DNA of 52,385 nucleotides from the NCBI GenBank assembly GCA_003427395.1, contig BFEA01000031.1, forward strand, positions 2,534,552 through 2,586,936, written 5' to 3'. Shown here piece after piece: positions 51,503-52,385 of this stretch. Below the pieces are notes generated by a model. It saw only the letters and a program-made list of their open reading frames with translations. It was not told the origin of the DNA and searched no databases. This DNA is from Chara braunii (taxonomy: Eukaryota; Plantae; Charophyceae). The position numbers and the translations under genes are program-made. Position 1 is the first letter of the stretch. Each line of letters starts with the position of its first letter.

Positions 51503-51918
51503 AGGGTGGCCTGATAGCCTTAGGGTGGCCTGATAGCCTTCAGTGATCCCCCACTGGGGGGGCCCCGGTGCTACTGGAACGGGCCACAGTAGCATGTGGT
51601 AGGGCCAAGTTCTAAGAAGTTGCATTCACTAGATGAATCTCCTCTGGAATATGGCGTGATACAGCACCACATGGAGCCATAGCGATAGGGGAGCTCTCTC
51701 CTCGTTGCCACGAGAATCGGGGGAAGAGAATCTAACAACTAAAGAAGAAAAAAAAAAAAAAAAAAGGAAAAAAAAAGAAAGAATATACCTAAAATAGTTA
51801 CAGGTTGCCCGTAGAAACGGGCGCCTGTCACGAACTCTGAGAGTTGCAACTTCCAGCTTCTCAAGTAAGGGCCATGTGGCGCCGCTTTTTTTTTTCTTCC
51901 TTTTTAATCTCCCTTTTA

Positions 51919-51969
51919 GGAACCTTTCTCAATTTATGCGTGTCATCTTTGTGCTGGGGCCGTGCTCAT
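51919..51969 (-). pseudogene. U6: Diverged U6 3'-half fragment
   Basis: The minus strand reads ATGAGCACGGCCCCAGCACAAAGATGACACGCATAAATTGAGAAAGGTTCC, followed by A-rich sequence. Confidence 0.68.
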
Positions 51970-52193
51970 TTCGGTGCAACCATTTTCGGCTGCACGATCT
52001 GACAATCCTACGGTCGCGGCGCTGGCCTGCTTTTCTTTTTTTTCCTAAGGCTTGAGGCCTCGACCGAGATGTCTAGGTACAGCCAGGCTGGCCCATGACC
52101 GAGATGTCTACGCCACGGTCTGGTTGGGTCACGACCAAGATGTCTAGACTACGGCCGGGATGGGTCACGACCAAGGTTGTTTCAATCAGGCCT

Positions 52194-52292
52194 GGGGCTA
52201 GGTCCCACTTGCACGAATTAAGAGATACTGACCGTAGATAGCAAAGATCAACGACCGAAATCTCCTAATTTGTGCAAGTGGGACCTTGCCCC
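52194..52292. mobile_element. ~100-bp MITE, family B
   Basis: GGGGCTAGGTCCCACTTGCAC...GTGCAAGTGGGACCTTGCCCC; the interior is similar to 8421-8519. Confidence 0.72.
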
Positions 52293-52385
52293 TGATGTCT
52301 GAAACGGCGGCTGATGTTATTTTTGCCTTTTCGCACTGCGGCGGGGATGGACCTGCCCACATGTGTTTTTTTTGCCTATTGGAAA

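Overview
Eukaryotic, repeat-rich plant-lineage DNA with three large N gaps. The plant-type U6, TTTAGGG repeats, a CSLD gene and long TE-filled introns suggest a streptophyte alga such as Chara (inference). There are two credible protein genes. (1) A minus-strand cellulose-synthase-superfamily gene of about 1221 aa, CSLD-like with several CESA-like traits, has coding exons 12113-10131 and 5077-3395 split by one 5053-nt phase-0 GT-AG intron. (2) An intronless secreted protein with GGA(I/V) beta-helix (Pmp-type) repeats lies at 41233-42255 (-). The most striking signal is an abnormally high density of U6 snRNA-derived sequence: three near full-length copies and at least six partial ones. One copy has an A-tail and target-site duplication. 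Two copies 28.7 kb apart share a private 4-nt insertion after the ACAGAGA box, a private substitution and a 5' oligo-T, which suggests a propagating U6-derived SINE-like family. The window also has two degenerate minimal hammerhead motifs (Penelope-like), several palindromic MITE families, tRNA-derived SINE heads, decayed L1-type LINE remnants, mini/microsatellites and a ~295-bp satellite. All calls were made by eye, with no database searches.
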